Source: an uncultured Thermoplasmata archaeon
GTDB lineage: Archaea; Thermoplasmatota; Thermoplasmata; Halarchaeoplasmatales; Halarchaeoplasmataceae
DNA: 64,000 bases
Assembly: GCA_964458595.1 (NCBI GenBank)
Contig: CAYWJQ010000005.1
Location: 85,298-149,297, forward strand
Direction: 5' to 3'
Positions 59,691-64,000 of this stretch are shown one piece after another (position 1 is the stretch's first letter; the number at the start of each line of letters is the position of its first letter). Below the pieces are notes generated by a model. The model was not told the origin of the DNA and did no database searches. It was given only the letters and a program-made list of their open reading frames with translations. Both the position numbers and the translations under genes were made by a program.

Positions 59691-61589
59691 TCACATAAAT
59701 CCTAGGAAGACTATTATGAAGATAGCTATCAAGAGACCAAATATCGCGAAGGTCTCGGACATCACACTGAAGATCATCCCTTTACCGAACGTCTCTTCAC
59801 GCTTCGATACGGCGGCTATCGCCGAACCCGATGTTATACCTTGACCGACACCGGAAACACCGGCGATACCTATAGCCAAGCCGGCTCCTACTGCTGCGAT
59901 ACCCATCTGGACTCCGGCTCCTGCGGGATAAACCTGGCTGAGCATACCGCTGAAGACCATCAGTAATATCGCGATCAGCATGCCGTAGATGGCTTGCGTT
60001 TCGGGAAGTACCGAGAACACCATACCTCTACCGAACATCCCTTCGTCTTCAGCTACGGTCGCTATACCGCTGGCGGAGGCTATGCCCTGTCCTATACCGG
60101 AAAGACCGGCGACGCCCACGGAAAGACCCGCACCGACACCGACTAATCCAAGGAACACCTGTATATCAGAGGAAGCATTCACCAGGCCCGCCTGTCCTAA
60201 CAGTCCGCTAAATATCATCAATAATATCGCGATCAGCATGCCGTAGATAGCCTGCGTTTCGGGAAGTACTGAGAACACCATGCCTCTGCCGAATATCTCT
60301 TCCTTTTCCGCAACACTGCCTATCCCACTGGCGGCCGCGATACCTTGTCCTATACCGGAAAGACCGGCGACACCGACGGCAAGACCGGCGCCTATACCTA
60401 TCAGACCTAGACTGTAACCTGATATACCTTTCATAGCTTCGATAGCCGAACCGCCGAGTAAACCAGAGAATACCATGAGCAGTATCGCGATCAGCATACC
60501 GTAGATCGCCTGAGTCTCTGGAAGGACTGAAAACACCATGCTCTTACCGAATAGATCCTCATTCTCCGCGACACCGCCGATACCCGCTCCGGCGGCTATG
60601 CCTTGACCTATACCGGACAACCCCGCGACACCGACCGCTAAGCCTGCTCCTATCGATATGACGGCTAGGCCTAAACCTTTAGGACCGAGCATGGCTTCGG
60701 AGATCCCGCCTCCGAGTAAGCCGGTGAAGACCATAATGAGTATACCTATCAGGAGACCGTAGATGGCTTGCGTTTCGGGAAGTACTGAGAACACCATACC
60801 TCTACCGAACAGTTCTTCTTTCTCGCTGTAGGCGGCGATACTGCCTGATGCGGCGACGCCCTGTCCGATAGCCGACAGGCCAGCGACACCGACGGCAAGT
60901 CCAACCCCCACGGAAGTTATCCCCACGGGGAGCGAAAGATAGTCTCCCCCGCCGATTATCCCCGTGAACAACAACAATAACACCGCGGTCAGCAGACCGT
61001 AGATGGCTTGAGTTTGAGGTAAAGCCTGGAATACGAGACATTTGCCGAATTTGCCGGGTTTTTCGGCTATAGTTCCAGCACCGGCGGCGCCCGCTATACC
61101 TACACCTATTCCGGCCCCCATCCCGGCGATACCGACTGCTAGACCCGCACCGAGCGCGGTAAGGAAGGTCCCTCTCTCATCTTTCACGGCTTCCACATTT
61201 AAAGTGTCAGTATATGTTTTATCACCGTAAGTGACCCTAAGAGTGACGTTGAAAACTTTCTTATTATTGTCTTCTCCAAGTTTGAACATATGGTCGACCT
61301 TTTTTCCGGTAGTGCTCGAACCGTTTTCAAATATCCATTCGATCTTGGACGGTTCTCCGGACGGAGTATCCTTAGAGCGGTAAGATAGAGTAAGATTGTT
61401 GCCTTCGCTCTTTTTTATGTAAAGCTTGGTATGGTTACCTACGTCTTCCCCGTTGACCAAGATATCCACTTTACCCTGCTCCTGTCCCTGGGCGTTTCCA
61501 GTCGGCGCTATACCGAGAAGCAAGATCAGAGCGACGACCATTATTGATATGTAACTTATCTTCACAGCTTTCCCTTTCAATAAATTCAT
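59691..61589 (-). CDS. atpK: A1Ao ATP synthase subunit K/c: six fused proteolipid hairpins with N-terminal signal peptide and PKD-like domain
   Basis: Six Gly-rich hairpins: PQTQAIYG, four PETQAIYG, SETFAIFG; operon position between I and E. Confidence 0.93.
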   Translation of the reverse strand: MNLLKGKAVKISYISIMVVALILLLGIAPTGNAQGQEQGKVDILVNGEDVGNHTKLYIKKSEGNNLTLSYRSKDTPSGEPSKIEWIFENGSSTTGKKVDHMFKLGEDNNKKVFNVTLRVTYGDKTYTDTLNVEAVKDERGTFLTALGAGLAVGIAGMGAGIGVGIAGAAGAGTIAEKPGKFGKCLVFQALPQTQAIYGLLTAVLLLLFTGIIGGGDYLSLPVGITSVGVGLAVGVAGLSAIGQGVAASGSIAAYSEKEELFGRGMVFSVLPETQAIYGLLIGILIMVFTGLLGGGISEAMLGPKGLGLAVISIGAGLAVGVAGLSGIGQGIAAGAGIGGVAENEDLFGKSMVFSVLPETQAIYGMLIAILLMVFSGLLGGSAIEAMKGISGYSLGLIGIGAGLAVGVAGLSGIGQGIAAASGIGSVAEKEEIFGRGMVFSVLPETQAIYGMLIAILLMIFSGLLGQAGLVNASSDIQVFLGLVGVGAGLSVGVAGLSGIGQGIASASGIATVAEDEGMFGRGMVFSVLPETQAIYGMLIAILLMVFSGMLSQVYPAGAGVQMGIAAVGAGLAIGIAGVSGVGQGITSGSAIAAVSKREETFGKGMIFSVMSETFAIFGLLIAIFIIVFLGFM

Positions 61590-63772
61590 TCCATCACGTC
61601 CTTTTCAAGTTTTGTGTGTTCCCTTTCTGATCTGAATGGAGTAAAGGGAGAACCTCCACCTTCATAAAAGTAGCCGAAGAATTCGACATATTGTAATCGT
61701 AAGGAATGGACGAAGGCACCTAAAGCCTGAAGAACGGCGTTGGCGAGGTGACCTCCAATGATGATGATCAATCCTAGTATGTAGAAAGGCGCTGAGGCGC
61801 TTATGATACCCAAATAACCTAAACCACCTAGAGCGCCCATCAGAAGTATAAGCGATCCGACTCCCTGGTACATCTTGTTTTTATCCATGAAGCCCTTAAG
61901 TATCACCGCAGCTCCCGCGATCAGTAAGATCACGGTCAAGTATATCGGCATCTTGGCAGCGGTGATGAGATCAGCTAAAACGTTGACGGTCAGGGCTATA
62001 CCCGAAGTGGCGAGGCCCAACGCCAAAATCCTAGAGAATGATAGGAAGTCTCCGATGAATCCGGTGAGTTCAAAGAAAGATAATCCTTTTGCCCTGATCA
62101 CCATGAGTGCAAGACCAATGGCGGATAAAACACCAGCTCCAAGATAAATAGTGGGATTATACACTGATGTAAATTGTTCCCATCCGAACAATTTACCAGA
62201 AAGAAGTATGAATCCGCCGGGTTCTAAAGTCCACCAAGATATGTTTTCGATCAATATCTGTCTGTAATTCCCTCTTTTGAAGTGTTGGACGACTTGGAGT
62301 ATCATACCCAAGTTCAGATAAGCCAAACCGATCAGGAGAGAGATGACCAACAGGGTCAGCGGTCCCTGACCTTCCAAGGTCTGAAGTATGGCGGAATCGT
62401 TGATGAACCCGAGTCCTATCCTACCCATGAGGTTGGGATGTGAACCCTTGCTGGGGCCTAAATAACCTCCCTGCAGCACTCCGAAAATGACGGTAGAGGC
62501 CCCCGTAGCTAACAGTAAATAACCGAATTCTTTAGTTCCCTGCTCTACCTTCCCGATCCCCTTGATAAGGACGATAGAGGTGATCATTATCAAGATACCA
62601 TAGACCGCATCACCCAGCATCAGGCCGAAAAACAGAACGAAAGCCGGAGCCAAAATAAGCGTGGGATCGACTTCGTCGTAGTTCGGTGGGGCGAACATAT
62701 TGGTCAATATCTCGAACGGTTTTATGGGCTTTGGATTATCGAGCGAGACCGGGACTTCGTCGGGATCCTCGGGCTCCTCTTCCACGACTTCGGCATGACC
62801 CTCGGAATTCTCCAGCACCGTCTTTTCCACCTTGTCGACTTGGTCTTCAGGCGTCCAAGCCTTGATAACGCTGGTCTGATCCGTCATGCCGAAGTTCTTA
62901 GACACCTCTTTCTTATTTCTATATATGTTCAATTCTTCCCTTAGAACCAGATAATCCTTCTCCCACTCCTCTTTCATCTCATTCAATTCTTCTTCTAGAG
63001 TGACTTTCTTCTCTTTGAGTTCTTTTATTTTAGTGTAAACATTTCCCAGAGCCTCTTTGGGATGCCCTTTCAAACGATCGATATCCAATTTCTTAAAATT
63101 ACCCTCGCGGAGAGCGGCTTCGAATTCTTCTTTTTTGCGGATATGAACTCCGGTGATAACAACGTATTCATCCTCGCCTATCTGGTTTATAGAATAAAAC
63201 GATTCATCTATCTCCGACATCGCTCTTTTGAATTTGACAGGACTGGATATCTTTCCTATCCTTATGTCCGTGAAAGAAGAATCTTGAAGCATCGACAGGT
63301 CTACATCCAGATCCTCTATTTTGGTCAGATCTTCTTTTAAGGACTCCAGATCTTCCAATTCCTCTTCGATATCGGAAAGTTCCTCGTCTATATCTTTTAT
63401 CTTTTCTCCGCTATTTTCGACGAGGTCGTCTATCTCTTCGAATATACTGGAAAGATCCTTCTTTTCTCTCTTAACTTTCTCTATCTCGGAAGGGTTGATC
63501 ATCTCACCTAAACTTTCATCTTCCTCTTCAACCCTACCGAAAGTATCAAGAATAGAAGCCAATTTCATGTCGTAATCCGTGCATTTCCCGATAACTTCGG
63601 GAATACTGCCCTTTTCTTCCTCCAATGCTTCAAAAACCTCTTCATCTCTATCTACGGAGGTGATCTCGGCTATCCCCCTTTCGTGCAGGGAGTCGACCAC
63701 TTCGTCTATGTAATCGGCGTGTACGACGATAGTGAGATCTTTCATCCGCTCGGGAAAGAGCACTCTTCTCAT
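61586..63772 (-). CDS. atpI: A1Ao ATP synthase subunit I (a)
   Basis: EVDPT, FGLM.GD..YG, SFSR.LAL, HSLRLQYVEFF. Confidence 0.95.
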   Translation of the reverse strand: MRRVLFPERMKDLTIVVHADYIDEVVDSLHERGIAEITSVDRDEEVFEALEEEKGSIPEVIGKCTDYDMKLASILDTFGRVEEEDESLGEMINPSEIEKVKREKKDLSSIFEEIDDLVENSGEKIKDIDEELSDIEEELEDLESLKEDLTKIEDLDVDLSMLQDSSFTDIRIGKISSPVKFKRAMSEIDESFYSINQIGEDEYVVITGVHIRKKEEFEAALREGNFKKLDIDRLKGHPKEALGNVYTKIKELKEKKVTLEEELNEMKEEWEKDYLVLREELNIYRNKKEVSKNFGMTDQTSVIKAWTPEDQVDKVEKTVLENSEGHAEVVEEEPEDPDEVPVSLDNPKPIKPFEILTNMFAPPNYDEVDPTLILAPAFVLFFGLMLGDAVYGILIMITSIVLIKGIGKVEQGTKEFGYLLLATGASTVIFGVLQGGYLGPSKGSHPNLMGRIGLGFINDSAILQTLEGQGPLTLLVISLLIGLAYLNLGMILQVVQHFKRGNYRQILIENISWWTLEPGGFILLSGKLFGWEQFTSVYNPTIYLGAGVLSAIGLALMVIRAKGLSFFELTGFIGDFLSFSRILALGLATSGIALTVNVLADLITAAKMPIYLTVILLIAGAAVILKGFMDKNKMYQGVGSLILLMGALGGLGYLGIISASAPFYILGLIIIIGGHLANAVLQALGAFVHSLRLQYVEFFGYFYEGGGSPFTPFRSEREHTKLEKDVME

Positions 63773-64000
63773 ACCTCCGTTACCTTGTCTAAAACATGTT
63801 CTACGGCATCGGATATATTCTCTTCAGTGGATCTCTTGATCCTTTCACTTTCCTCTTCCGCTTCCTTCTTTATCTTTTCGGCCCTCTTTTCGGCCTCTTC
63901 CTTCGCTTCTTTCTTCTTCTCTTCATACTCTTTTCTCAGCGAAAATAGCGCGTCCTCTTTTTCTTGTTGAGCCTCTTCCTTCGCTCTTTCCACCATATCT
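63769..64000 (-). CDS. atpH: A1Ao ATP synthase subunit H (5'-partial)
   Basis: Highly charged coiled coil immediately upstream of atpI. Confidence 0.75.
   Translation of the reverse strand, partial: DMVERAKEEAQQEKEDALFSLRKEYEEKKKEAKEEAEKRAEKIKKEAEEESERIKRSTEENISDAVEHVLDKVTEV

Overview
Archaeal chromosomal segment with a strongly acidic (D/E-rich) proteome, consistent with a salt-in halophile; a Thermoplasmatota-like lineage is inferred from gene content, not proven. Mostly housekeeping genes: class I lysS, NAC, prs, XPD, UDG, a giant Lhr, tuf-rpsJ, thiL/thiE, RecJ/GAN, PolD DP1, TFB, aIF-1A, Trm112, Tsr3, TiaS, and most of the A1Ao ATP synthase operon. There are three tRNAs (Ile-GAU, Asn-GUU, intron-containing Ala-UGC) and a box C/D sRNA. 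Two features stand out. (1) tRNA-Ala sits in ~950 bp of nested palindromes: downstream is a modular array of repeated tRNA 3'-end copies (GGGTCCA), each paired with a covarying 21-bp triloop hairpin and a variable hairpin 'spacer', partly amplified as a 255-bp tandem repeat; upstream are mirrored copies of the tRNA 5' end. (2) The ATP synthase rotor subunit c is six fused hairpins (five with the Na+-type Q...ET site) behind a signal peptide and a PKD-like domain. Also notable: an Etf/FAD-dehydrogenase/lactate racemase cluster, a heliorhodopsin, an intein in AtpA, a probable ATA-initiated UDG with a PIP-like motif, and two frameshifted genes. All calls come from reading motifs by eye; no searches were run.
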